IMG/VR virus record: IMGVR_UViG_3300020048_000136
Length of the DNA: 64,000 nt
Strand: one strand, 5' to 3'
Source of the DNA: a virus
Within the stretch, counting starts at the first letter, position 1, and the number at the start of each line of letters is the position of its first letter. The translations under genes were made by a program, and so were the position numbers. The notes below the pieces were generated by a model that was not told where the DNA came from, made no database searches, and saw nothing but the letters and a program-made list of their open reading frames with translations. Below are positions 21,954-30,193 of the stretch, in pieces.

Positions 21954-21955
21954 CC

Positions 21956-22285
21956 ATGACAGCCGAGGAACAAGAGAAACACTTAGCATCTTTTGTCAAT
22001 AAGATGGCTCACCTACTTATCCGAAAGGGTAACGACTACGCCAATGATGATAGGTTATCAAACTTTAAGAAGGTCGCAATAGTTTGTGGTCTATCTGAGG
22101 AGCAGGTAATACTTGTGATGTTAGCCACTAAGATTGTTAGGTTATCAAACTTAATCGGCAATGATGTAGTTGTTATGAATGAATCGATAAGTGATACCAC
22201 GGTAGACCTGTCTAACTATTCAGCACTACTTGATATGATGATTTCAGAGAACAATAACCTTAAAGTAAAAACAAGTCATGACTGA
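21956..22285 (+). CDS. hypothetical protein (109 aa)
   Basis: Track ORF. Confidence 0.55.
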   Translation: MTAEEQEKHLASFVNKMAHLLIRKGNDYANDDRLSNFKKVAIVCGLSEEQVILVMLATKIVRLSNLIGNDVVVMNESISDTTVDLSNYSALLDMMISENNNLKVKTSHD

Positions 22286-22505
22286 TAAGAAATCAAAAAG
22301 GGTTGGTGATATAATCACCGTTGAGAATACAGAGCGGAAGTTCGGAAGTGCAAATGAATATATGTACATGATGACTCAGCTTGAGGATGGGACAGAGATT
22401 CCAATCCTATTTACCATTGACGAGTTCAATGTAATGATGGCACGGGCAGAGAAGAATACAGAGGACTTGCCCAAAGTGGGTTGGTTGCGAAACATTTTAA
22501 CATAA
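22278..22505 (+). CDS. hypothetical protein (75 aa)
   Basis: Track ORF. Confidence 0.5.
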   Translation: MTDKKSKRVGDIITVENTERKFGSANEYMYMMTQLEDGTEIPILFTIDEFNVMMARAEKNTEDLPKVGWLRNILT

Positions 22506-22509
22506 TAAG

Positions 22510-22767
22510 ATGAAGCCAATAGGTAAATACATAGCTATCAAATCCATTGAGGAGGAGATAAAGACTGAATCGGGAATACTTTTGTCAGCCGATGATGCCG
22601 AATCGATGAGGTATAAGCATGGGAAGGTAATAAAGGCAGGGACTGAGGTTGCTAATATCCATGATGGTGACGAAATCTATTACGAAAAGCGCAATAGTTT
22701 CACAATGCTTATCAATGATGAGCAGTTTACTATCATTCGGGAGGCTGATGTCGTTGTTGTTTTATAA
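22510..22767 (+). CDS. groES: GroES-type co-chaperonin (Cpn10)
   Basis: MKPIGKYIAIKSIEEEIKTESGILL...HGKVIKAG...HDGDEIYY...IIREADVVVVL follows the GroES pattern. 85 aa. Confidence 0.75.
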   Translation: MKPIGKYIAIKSIEEEIKTESGILLSADDAESMRYKHGKVIKAGTEVANIHDGDEIYYEKRNSFTMLINDEQFTIIREADVVVVL

Positions 22768-23188
22768 ATGCATTCATCTCTTTAATCATGTTCCGATAAA
22801 TCTTATCTGAATATTTCACATTCTTTGCGAACATCGTATTATTTGCTTGACTGACGGGGATTTCTTCCCCGTTTAGTTTTTTATACATAGATGCTATCAT
22901 GCGCCTACCCTTAAGAGATATCTGATAGATGGACTTTACGTTCTGATAGTGCGCTCTGAATAGGTCAATCCATCCTTCCCGAACTAATCTCTCAAACCTC
23001 TTCACGTCCCAACTTAAAAGTTCGTTGAACTCTTGGAACTTCTGCCGAGAAAAGTATCTTTCGGAGTATAAGAATAGCAGCATATCCAAGTCGGTTGTGC
23101 TGAGTCCATACTTGGCTCTTATAAAGTATCTGATGACACGGTAATATTTTAGATAGTCGTATGGTTCGGGTTTTGGTGATTCTATCAT
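22733..23188 (-). CDS. putative winged-helix DNA-binding regulator (151 aa), the only minus-strand gene inside the rightward block
   Basis: Track ORF with its own -7 box. Helix-rich basic sequence (YYRVIRYFIRAKYGLSTTDLDMLLFLY...). The fold assignment is inference only. Confidence 0.45.
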   Translation of the reverse strand: MIESPKPEPYDYLKYYRVIRYFIRAKYGLSTTDLDMLLFLYSERYFSRQKFQEFNELLSWDVKRFERLVREGWIDLFRAHYQNVKSIYQISLKGRRMIASMYKKLNGEEIPVSQANNTMFAKNVKYSDKIYRNMIKEMNAFIKQQRHQPPE

Positions 23189-23204
23189 TGAATTAAATTT
23201 TGAT

Positions 23205-23212
23205 TAACTTTG
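23205..23212 (+). promoter_or_regulatory. -7 box TAACTTTG (rightward member of a divergent pair)
   Basis: Ends 21 nt before the ATG at 23234. Confidence 0.5.
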
Positions 23213-23218
23213 CATCTA

Positions 23219-23226
23219 CAAAATTA
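23219..23226 (-). promoter_or_regulatory. -7 box TAATTTTG (leftward member of a divergent pair)
   Basis: Plus strand reads CAAAATTA; ends 30 nt before the ATG at 23188. Confidence 0.5.
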
Positions 23227-23233
23227 ACATAAA

Positions 23234-23509
23234 ATGGCTGACGAAAAACAATCAACCCCGACAACTGCTGCCACAGAGACTCCTGCAAAGGCATCGACAG
23301 AGAAAGTTACAATGACTGCCGAGGAATCAACATTCAGGAATAAGGCTTATGATACCATATCTAAGTTAGCCAACGAGAATGCTAAACTGAAGAATATGGC
23401 TATGTCTAATCGGAAATCATCATTGGCAAAGCGAAGAACCGAGTCGTCTTCTATGAAGATAGCGGGTTTGCAGACACTTAACCCTCAGTTGGGTAACCAA
23501 AAAGTGTAA
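23234..23509 (+). CDS. hypothetical protein (91 aa)
   Basis: Track ORF. Confidence 0.5.
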   Translation: MADEKQSTPTTAATETPAKASTEKVTMTAEESTFRNKAYDTISKLANENAKLKNMAMSNRKSSLAKRRTESSSMKIAGLQTLNPQLGNQKV

Positions 23510-23610
23510 CTACAGGAAGGATATAGTCCTTATCAACGGCAGAGAAGCTGAGAACAAACACATCTGATGAGCGTGAGGCACTCATTAATCCTGTACAATA
23601 AAAATATTAT

Positions 23611-23618
23611 TATCTTTG
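23611..23618 (+). promoter_or_regulatory. -7 box TATCTTTG
   Basis: ATTATTATCTTTGTGACC, ending 34 nt before the ATG at 23653. Confidence 0.55.
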
Positions 23619-23652
23619 TGACCTTAGTCATACACAATTAAAACCTATAGCA

Positions 23653-23814
23653 ATGAAAAATTCAACATCTAATCTTCCTATTAACACTAATGCAGGTGGT
23701 AAAAGCCTGTTGTTAAAGAAAGTAAAAAAAGGCAACCCCATGGGTGGAACTACTCCTGAGTGTTTAGCAATGGGTGGTGTAAAAAGCAAACTCACATCAC
23801 TTATCGGAAAGTAA
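23653..23814 (+). CDS. small basic protein (53 aa, below track cutoff)
   Basis: Translation MKNSTSNLPINTNAGGKSLLLKKVKKGNPMGGTTPECLAMGGVKSKLTSLIGK. Promoter box upstream. Replaces the antisense track ORF 23628..23843. Confidence 0.4.
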   Translation: MKNSTSNLPINTNAGGKSLLLKKVKKGNPMGGTTPECLAMGGVKSKLTSLIGK

Positions 23815-23815
23815 T

Positions 23816-23977
23816 ATGGAAAGCAAGGGTCTTGGTGATACAATAGAGAAGATTACCACCGTAACAGGAATAAAGAAGGTGGTTACTATAGTAACAAAGG
23901 CTGTTGGGATAGATGATTGTGGCTGTGAAAAGCGCAAAGAAAAACTAAATGAAATATTTCCATACGATAAAAAATAG
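23816..23977 (+). CDS. small protein (53 aa, below track cutoff)
   Basis: Translation MESKGLGDTIEKITTVTGIKKVVTIVTKAVGIDDCGCEKRKEKLNEIFPYDKK. Starts 1 nt after the previous stop. Replaces the antisense ORF 23797..24003. Confidence 0.4.
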   Translation: MESKGLGDTIEKITTVTGIKKVVTIVTKAVGIDDCGCEKRKEKLNEIFPYDKK

Positions 23978-23982
23978 AAATC

Positions 23983-24246
23983 ATGGCATATCAAAAACTT
24001 CAAGGGTATCGTGCTACATTAGTAGTCCCAAGTGATACAGATAATATACTATCGGGCAATGGCGCTACTGACCCAACTGCTGAGTGCGTTCTTTATATAG
24101 GGGTGGGTGGTATATTGCGTGTTCTTACAGCAGGTAATGATGACGTTACATTTATAAATGTAATCGCAGGTTCATTCTTCCCTATAAATGTAAAGAGAGT
24201 ATTTGCTACTGATACAACTGCAACAGACATAGTTGCTATATGGTAA
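23983..24246 (+). CDS. hypothetical (possibly virion) protein (87 aa)
   Basis: Track ORF. Confidence 0.55.
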   Translation: MAYQKLQGYRATLVVPSDTDNILSGNGATDPTAECVLYIGVGGILRVLTAGNDDVTFINVIAGSFFPINVKRVFATDTTATDIVAIW

Positions 24247-24269
24247 TTTAATTCGTCAATATAGGATAT

Positions 24270-24428
24270 ATGAACGGCATATTGATAGTCATTGCTAATA
24301 TGATAGGGGTGCAGTACATACAGAGTATTGTGCCACCTCCTATTGGAGAGCAGTTATATACTCTTGAGAATCCTGAAAAAATTTACACACTTGAAGATTT
24401 TCTTCCAATACACGTATTGGAGGTTTAG
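24270..24428 (+). CDS. small hypothetical protein (52 aa, below track cutoff)
   Basis: Translation MNGILIVIANMIGVQYIQSIVPPPIGEQLYTLENPEKIYTLEDFLPIHVLEV. Fills the gap before the fiber gene. Confidence 0.3.
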   Translation: MNGILIVIANMIGVQYIQSIVPPPIGEQLYTLENPEKIYTLEDFLPIHVLEV

Positions 24429-24453
24429 GCATATAATAGTTAAAAAACATATC

Positions 24454-27400
24454 ATGATAACGATAACAACCGAGGTAACATACTCAGAACTTATAGCCCT
24501 AATAGCAGCAAGTGGACTGAAGTCAGGGCTTCAGTATAGGATAACTGACTATCAGACTGTCCATACAATACCCTACACAACAGATACAAATACTGCTCCG
24601 ATTGAGCAGATTGTTGTTACGGCAATATCACCAACTCAGTTAGCACCTGAGGCAAGTTCGTTGTCATATCCACAAGATATTATCTACTATAATCATCTTA
24701 ATGATGAAGTTGTTGTACAAGGATGCACTAAAGGTTATATCTACAGGCGTATTGACACGTTGCAGAATAACGACCTTGGGTTTGACTTCAGGAACGTTAA
24801 ATTTCGTAGGTGGCAGATTGACGTTACTACGGTATCACCACTTGGTGATGATGGAACTTATTTAAAAGGGGCTGTTGTTAGGAAGGACTTTACTGATAAA
24901 ATTTATATTAAGTTAACCAATAATCCTAATGTTCCATTTACGAATGTATCAGATTGGAAATTGTTTGAGTGGGACAACCTATCATATGTATCTCCATATT
25001 CAGGGTCATGGACATTATCAGATAATGAATTTTCAATTTCAATCCCATGCACGTTATTGTATGAAGACTATACTATATTTGCTACATCTGTTTATTACTT
25101 TTCAATGTATAATAATACCATTGGGAGTAGTATAACTGATATAATTGTAACTAATAATACAGTAATATTGGGAAATTACTTTAGTGATAATAATATAGAT
25201 TCATTATTTCGCGATAACACTATTAATAATAGCTTTCAATATAATACTATTGGATTTAATTTTGTAAATAATAGTATTGGGAATCATTTTACAAATAACA
25301 CCATTAGTAATAATTTCTACTCCAACACCATTGGGGATAGCTTCGTCGCCAACATCATTGGGTATGGTTTCAACTCCAACACCATTGGGGATAATTCCAA
25401 CACCAACACCATTAGTAATAATTTCAACGCCAACACCATTGGGAATAATTTCAACGCCAACACCATTGGATATGATTTCTCCATCAACATCATTGGGTAT
25501 GGTTTCAACTCCAATACCATTGGGGATAATTTCTACATCAACATCATTGGATATAGTTTCAACGCCAACACCATTGGGAATAATTTCAACGTCAACACCA
25601 TCGGGTACAATTTTACAAACAACACCATTGGGGATAATTTCTCCAACAACACCATTGGGGATAGTTTCAACACCAACACTATCAAAATAGGATTCAATAA
25701 CAATTTAATCCAAGAATACTTCCAATACAATGACATAGGAACAGACTTCAATAGTAACATTATTGCGAGTAACTTTGGTGGAGATGGTGATGGATTTTCA
25801 AGAGGGAATATTATCGGGAACTACTTCTGTGGTAATACGACATTGGGGTTTTTTATAAATAATACAATAGGATTATTCTGTGGGGGGCATCCTGAGGAGG
25901 GTTTAATGCCTAACACATTTGGGGATAACTTCAACTCCAATACCATTGGGAATAATTTTAGAAACAACACCATTGGGTACAGTTTCTACAACAACACCAT
26001 TGGGGAATATTTCTCCATCAACACCATTGGGAATAATTTCAACTCCAACACCATTGGGGATATTTTCTCCAACAACACCATTGGGAATATTTTCTCCAAC
26101 AACACCATTGGGAATCTTTTCTACACCAACACCATTGGGGATTATTTTAGAAACAACACTATCAAAATAGGATTCAATAACAATTCCATCCAAGACTACT
26201 TCCAATACAATGACATAGGAACAGACTTCAATAGGAACATTATTGCGAGTAACTTTGGTGGAGATGGTGATGGATTTTCAAGAGGGAATATTATCGGGAA
26301 CTACTTCTGTGGTAATACTACATTGGGTATTTTTAGAAATAATACAATAGGATTATTCTGTGGAGGGAATCCTGAGGAAGGTTTAAATCCTAACACATTT
26401 GGTAATGGCTTCGACTCCAATACCATTGGAAATTATTTCTACAACAACACCATTGGGGATAACTTCAGTTCCAACACTATTGGTATTAATTCCAACGCCA
26501 ACACCATTGGTATTAATTCCAACTCCAACACCATTGGGGATAACTTCAACACCAACACATTTGGGGATAATTTCTCCTCCAACACCATTAGTAATAATTT
26601 CTACTCCAACACCATTGGGGAGAATTTCAACTCCAACACCATTGGGAATAACTTCGACTCCAACACCATTGGGGATAATTCCAACTACAACACCATTGGA
26701 AATTATTTATACTTCAATACTATTGGGAATAACTTCAACTCCAATACTATCAAAATAGGATTCAATAACAATTTAATCCAAGACTACTTCCAATACAATG
26801 ACATAGGAACAGACTTCAATAGGAACATTATTGCGAGTAACTTTGGTGGAGATGGTAGTGGATTTTCAAGAGGGAATATTATCGGTAACTACTTCTATGG
26901 TAATACGACATTGGGTATTTTTACAAGTAATACAATAGGATTATTCTGTGGAGGGAATCCCGATATGGGTTTAATGCCTAACACATTTGGGGATAACTTC
27001 AACTCCAATACCATTGGAAATTATTCCAACTCCAACACCATTGGGGATAACTTCAACACCAACACATTTGGGGATAATTTCTCCTCCAACGCCATTGGAT
27101 ATAATTTCTACAATAACACTATTGGGGCTGACTTCAACGCCAACACCATTGGGGCTGACTTCATCGCCAACACCATTAGTAATAATTTCTACTCCAACAC
27201 CATTGGGGATAGTTTCTACAACAACATCATTGGGGGTTATTTCAACAACAACACCATTGGGGGTTATTTCAACAACAACACCATTGGATATAATTTCTAC
27301 TACAACACCATTGGGAATTTATTTAGGGGTAATAGTGGGACTATATTAGGTACTGATTTTACATCAGCAACGTATGTATACCTAAGCTATTCCAAAACGT

Positions 27401-27483
27401 TTTCCAAAAAACCAAATGGGACTTTCATCTTATCGTACATTAACAACTCAAATGTGTTAACCTTTGTCTTACCAACAGCTTAA
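24454..27483 (+). CDS. nonapeptide-repeat (NTIGxxFxx) beta-solenoid-like fiber or appendage protein
   Basis: Track ORF 24328..27483 starts at TTG; the ATG at 24454 (MITITTEV) is preferred. A ~240-aa unique N-terminal domain is followed by about 70 nine-residue repeats. These are interrupted by three near-identical ~90-aa inserts. Confidence 0.7.
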   Translation: MITITTEVTYSELIALIAASGLKSGLQYRITDYQTVHTIPYTTDTNTAPIEQIVVTAISPTQLAPEASSLSYPQDIIYYNHLNDEVVVQGCTKGYIYRRIDTLQNNDLGFDFRNVKFRRWQIDVTTVSPLGDDGTYLKGAVVRKDFTDKIYIKLTNNPNVPFTNVSDWKLFEWDNLSYVSPYSGSWTLSDNEFSISIPCTLLYEDYTIFATSVYYFSMYNNTIGSSITDIIVTNNTVILGNYFSDNNIDSLFRDNTINNSFQYNTIGFNFVNNSIGNHFTNNTISNNFYSNTIGDSFVANIIGYGFNSNTIGDNSNTNTISNNFNANTIGNNFNANTIGYDFSINIIGYGFNSNTIGDNFYINIIGYSFNANTIGNNFNVNTIGYNFTNNTIGDNFSNNTIGDSFNTNTIKIGFNNNLIQEYFQYNDIGTDFNSNIIASNFGGDGDGFSRGNIIGNYFCGNTTLGFFINNTIGLFCGGHPEEGLMPNTFGDNFNSNTIGNNFRNNTIGYSFYNNTIGEYFSINTIGNNFNSNTIGDIFSNNTIGNIFSNNTIGNLFYTNTIGDYFRNNTIKIGFNNNSIQDYFQYNDIGTDFNRNIIASNFGGDGDGFSRGNIIGNYFCGNTTLGIFRNNTIGLFCGGNPEEGLNPNTFGNGFDSNTIGNYFYNNTIGDNFSSNTIGINSNANTIGINSNSNTIGDNFNTNTFGDNFSSNTISNNFYSNTIGENFNSNTIGNNFDSNTIGDNSNYNTIGNYLYFNTIGNNFNSNTIKIGFNNNLIQDYFQYNDIGTDFNRNIIASNFGGDGSGFSRGNIIGNYFYGNTTLGIFTSNTIGLFCGGNPDMGLMPNTFGDNFNSNTIGNYSNSNTIGDNFNTNTFGDNFSSNAIGYNFYNNTIGADFNANTIGADFIANTISNNFYSNTIGDSFYNNIIGGYFNNNTIGGYFNNNTIGYNFYYNTIGNLFRGNSGTILGTDFTSATYVYLSYSKTFSKKPNGTFILSYINNSNVLTFVLPTA
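25681..25950 (+). repeat. large intragenic repeat, copy 1 (about 270 nt)
   Basis: ATCAAAATAGGATTCAATAACAAT...CCTAACACATTTGG, more than 90 percent identical by eye to copies 2 and 3. Confidence 0.85.
26161..26430 (+). repeat. large intragenic repeat, copy 2
   Basis: Same block, 480 nt after copy 1. Confidence 0.85.
26749..27018 (+). repeat. large intragenic repeat, copy 3
   Basis: Same block, 588 nt after copy 2. Confidence 0.85.
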
Positions 27484-27494
27484 TAAATAAAAAT

Positions 27495-27824
27495 ATGAAG
27501 AACCTGAAAAAAGAAAAAAATGGAACATGGATTGAAACAAAACTTATCTCCATGACAGAAGAGCAGAAGATTTTATTCTACTCAAAAGACGAATCCCTTA
27601 AAGCTGAGAAGTTATCCATGATGAACCAAGTATCGGCTGATGCCAATGCTCCTGCTACAGCAGAAGATATAGCCATCGTACAACCAATACTTGATGCTAA
27701 CAGCCCTGAGGGTGAATTTGTATTCTGTGGCATCAGTATAGCAGAAGATAAGATTAGCGGAACTATTCACTATATATTTGAAGAGAAATTTAAAACTAAA
27801 AATTTTAGTGTGCCTATAGTATAG
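27495..27824 (+). CDS. hypothetical protein (109 aa)
   Basis: Track ORF. Confidence 0.55.
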   Translation: MKNLKKEKNGTWIETKLISMTEEQKILFYSKDESLKAEKLSMMNQVSADANAPATAEDIAIVQPILDANSPEGEFVFCGISIAEDKISGTIHYIFEEKFKTKNFSVPIV

Positions 27825-27862
27825 TACGTTTATAATTCTTGAATAACTAATCTATTACTTGG

Positions 27863-28162
27863 ATGAATACTATTAGCGACAAAACACAACTAAACTTGAC
27901 TATAAAGGATTTTGCAGGATTAGCATTAGTTATAGCAAGCATTATTGGGATGTACTTTGCGTTGCAGGCTGATATTGCTTTAGCAAAGGAACTTCCAAAG
28001 CCTACTATTACTCAAGAGGAGTTTAAGTATAAAGATGAACTAATTCGTGCATCTATATTACATACTCAGGAGGATATAGGAACTGTAAAGTCTGACATAG
28101 CGGAGATAAAAGGTAGCTTGAAAGTTTTAGAAGAAAGACTATACGAACTAAAAAAGAAATGA
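27863..28162 (+). CDS. single-TM coiled-coil protein (lysis-cassette associated; holin- or spanin-like)
   Basis: TM segment FAGLALVIASIIGMYFAL followed by a charged helical tail. Sits upstream of the endolysin. Confidence 0.45.
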   Translation: MNTISDKTQLNLTIKDFAGLALVIASIIGMYFALQADIALAKELPKPTITQEEFKYKDELIRASILHTQEDIGTVKSDIAEIKGSLKVLEERLYELKKK

Positions 28163-28506
28163 AAACGTTTGTTGGAATAGCCCTCTTATGTAGTTCAATT
28201 ATGTTTATTTGTCATAATGTATTTGAGTTATACAAGAGGAATACTAAGAGTGATGTGACAGTTATTCAGATAAACTCAAATTGGAACATAAAAAATAGTT
28301 TAGACTTGAGTAAACTAAATGGATGTGATGTAAGTAGTATATCATGTATGGATACTGATTCAAAAAAACGTATTTGCTTTACTAACGTTCCTACTATAAT
28401 TGTATACCACAAAGATTTAATTATCTCTGTATTCGGTGGTGATATTACGCTTAAACCAACAGTAGCAATAGATTCCTTGCAAAAATTAGTAAATAAATTA
28501 AATTGA
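28159..28506 (+). CDS. protein with N-terminal signal or TM segment (115 aa)
   Basis: N-terminus MKTFVGIALLCSSIMFIC. Overlaps the previous gene by 4 nt. Confidence 0.5.
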   Translation: MKTFVGIALLCSSIMFICHNVFELYKRNTKSDVTVIQINSNWNIKNSLDLSKLNGCDVSSISCMDTDSKKRICFTNVPTIIVYHKDLIISVFGGDITLKPTVAIDSLQKLVNKLN

Positions 28507-28507
28507 T

Positions 28508-28645
28508 ATGGCAAAGATTCAAGCAAGTGTTAAGTTCGTAAAGAAGGCGAAGGTGAATAATGCAGGAATACACTCCAAGAATAACGCAAGTAACTCAAAG
28601 AGTAGCAAGAATTACCTTAAGTCTTATAGGGGGCAGGGACGATGA
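28508..28645 (+). CDS. very basic micro-protein (45 aa, below track cutoff)
   Basis: Translation MAKIQASVKFVKKAKVNNAGIHSKNNASNSKSSKNYLKSYRGQGR. ATGA overlap with the endolysin start. Confidence 0.35.
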   Translation: MAKIQASVKFVKKAKVNNAGIHSKNNASNSKSSKNYLKSYRGQGR

Positions 28646-29091
28646 ATCTATCAAAGAACTTTTCATTAACCGAGTTGACGTTTAGTGCCAATGGTACTAA
28701 GGCGGGTATTGATAATACTCCCGATGCAGCAGGAATAGAGCGGTTAAAGGCTCTATGTGATAATGTGCTTCAGCCTGTTCGGGATTTCTTAGGAGAGTCT
28801 CTTACTGTGTCAAGTGGATATCGTAGTCCTGCGTTAAATGTCATAACCCCCAACTCTTCAAATACGAGTCAACATACCAAGTGTGAAGCTGCGGATATAG
28901 TTTGTTATCACCGCAATAAAGAGGTATTTGAGTTCATTAAGAACATGCTTGTATTCGACCAACTTATATGGGAGTATGGAGATGATTCAAGTCCTAAGTG
29001 GATACACGTATCATTCTCAAAAAAGCGGAACAGGCAGCAAATATTACGGGCATATATCGTAAATGGTAAACCAAAATACGTAGCATTATGA
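28642..29091 (+). CDS. endolysin, peptidase M15 (L-alanyl-D-glutamate / DD-peptidase fold)
   Basis: SGYRSPALN...SQHTKCEAADI...WIHVSF matches the SxHxxGxAxD and terminal His pattern of M15-type phage lysins. Confidence 0.75.
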   Translation: MNLSKNFSLTELTFSANGTKAGIDNTPDAAGIERLKALCDNVLQPVRDFLGESLTVSSGYRSPALNVITPNSSNTSQHTKCEAADIVCYHRNKEVFEFIKNMLVFDQLIWEYGDDSSPKWIHVSFSKKRNRQQILRAYIVNGKPKYVAL

Positions 29092-29555
29092 GTGAAGAGA
29101 AGAAAAAATTCAGAGATACCAAGGTCGGGGAGTGGCTTAAGACTGCATCTCCAAAAATCTTGGGGGTTGTTGGCGACCTATTGCCCGACCAAGGTATGTT
29201 AGGAGTCGTTAAAAACCTTATTGATGGCGATAAAGACCTGACACCCGAACAGAAGGCTGAGGCTACTGCGCAGCTTAATAGAATGATTGAGTTGGAGAAT
29301 GCAGATAGGGCATCCGCAAGGAATCGTGAGATTGAAATTGCTAAACTTAAGGGAACAGATTATATGTTTAACATCACGGGGATAATTGGTCTCGGAGTGT
29401 TTGTGTTTATCGTATATGCAATTATCTTCCTTCAGATTCCAAAGGATAACCAAGAGGTATGGATTCATCTTATCGGTATTTGCGAGGGGATTGTAATTTC
29501 CATCTTCGGATATTTCTATGGAAGTGCCGTTAAAAAGAATATTGGAGAAAAGTAG
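29088..29555 (+). CDS. holin-like membrane protein
   Basis: The C-terminal half has two TM helices (ITGIIGLGVFVFIVYAIIFL and IHLIGICEGIVISIFGYFYG). Overlaps the endolysin stop. Confidence 0.5.
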   Translation: MSEEKKKFRDTKVGEWLKTASPKILGVVGDLLPDQGMLGVVKNLIDGDKDLTPEQKAEATAQLNRMIELENADRASARNREIEIAKLKGTDYMFNITGIIGLGVFVFIVYAIIFLQIPKDNQEVWIHLIGICEGIVISIFGYFYGSAVKKNIGEK

Positions 29556-29563
29556 TATATTTG
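29556..29563 (+). promoter_or_regulatory. -7 box TATATTTG
   Basis: AGTAGTATATTTGCATAAATTAAATCTAATC, nearly identical to the groEL promoter region. Ends 20 nt before the ATG at 29584. Confidence 0.55.
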
Positions 29564-29583
29564 CATAAATTAAATCTAATCAA

Positions 29584-29847
29584 ATGGGAAAAGTACTTGG
29601 AATGAATCAGACAATCAAATTGACAGAAGAAGAACTTAGTGCAGTTCAGAAAATGAACTCTGATTTCAGTAAAGCTAAAATGGCACTTGGAGACTTGGAA
29701 CTACGTAGACATGAATTATTACTTGGAATCGATTCGCTTAAAATAACATTCAGCGAAAATGAGAAGATGCTTATCGATAAGTATGGCATCGATTCGGTTA
29801 TAAACATACAAACAGGAGAAGTCACACAAAAACCCCCAACACCATGA
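29584..29847 (+). CDS. hypothetical coiled-coil protein (87 aa)
   Basis: Track ORF. Confidence 0.55.
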   Translation: MGKVLGMNQTIKLTEEELSAVQKMNSDFSKAKMALGDLELRRHELLLGIDSLKITFSENEKMLIDKYGIDSVINIQTGEVTQKPPTP

Positions 29848-30185
29848 TAACGGGTAAATTCTTAGGAATGTTATTTCAGTCAAGAGATATTATGCACTTG
29901 GCTCATCTGAACACATCGTCATTTGCCGAGCATAAGGCATTGAATGGATACTATGACTGTATCCTTGACCTTACGGACAAGTTTGCAGAGGCGTATTTCG
30001 GACGATTTAAACGTGTTGAGATTATCGTTCCTGAGTCTAAAATCCTTGGCGCTGTTGAGCATCTAAAAGAGATACAGCAACTGCTTGATGGGGAGCGAAA
30101 CAACTACCCAAGTGAACTCCAAAACATAATTGACGAGATGCTTTGTCTTGTCAATAAAACTCTGTATTTACTCACATTAGTATAA
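29844..30185 (+). CDS. hypothetical helical protein (113 aa)
   Basis: Track ORF. Confidence 0.55.
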   Translation: MITGKFLGMLFQSRDIMHLAHLNTSSFAEHKALNGYYDCILDLTDKFAEAYFGRFKRVEIIVPESKILGAVEHLKEIQQLLDGERNNYPSELQNIIDEMLCLVNKTLYLLTLV

Positions 30186-30193
30186 ATAGAATA

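Noticed and set aside
23551-23585. CTGATGAG sequence at 23556 that could hint at a plus-strand hammerhead. Similar hits occur in groEL (about 20926), fiber 1 (about 30906) and the giant ORF (about 54349).
   Set aside because: None has a stem II closed by G-C followed by GAAA, and none has a complementary stem III with a UH cleavage site. They are isolated heptamers expected by chance.
23628-24003. Minus-strand track ORFs 23628..23843 and 23797..24003.
   Set aside because: A TATCTTTG promoter at 23611 points rightward. Two tightly coupled 53-codon plus-strand ORFs (23653..23814 and 23816..23977) fit the operon direction and spacing better.
25277-27349. Track ORFs in alternative frames and on the minus strand inside the repeat gene (25277..25690, 25317..25520, 25533..25760, 25903..26205, 25919..26170, 26399..26758, 26987..27349). 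They encode PTPLGII-type repeats.
   Set aside because: They are a by-product of the 27-nt periodic DNA repeat, which keeps several frames open. They are nested in the 1009-aa ORF, have no independent start context, and their sequences are pure low-complexity echoes.
24454-27483. A diversity-generating retroelement targeting the repeat fiber.
   Set aside because: The window has no reverse transcriptase gene, no template-repeat/variable-repeat pair with adenine-specific mismatches, and no accessory gene. The variation looks like cassette duplication.
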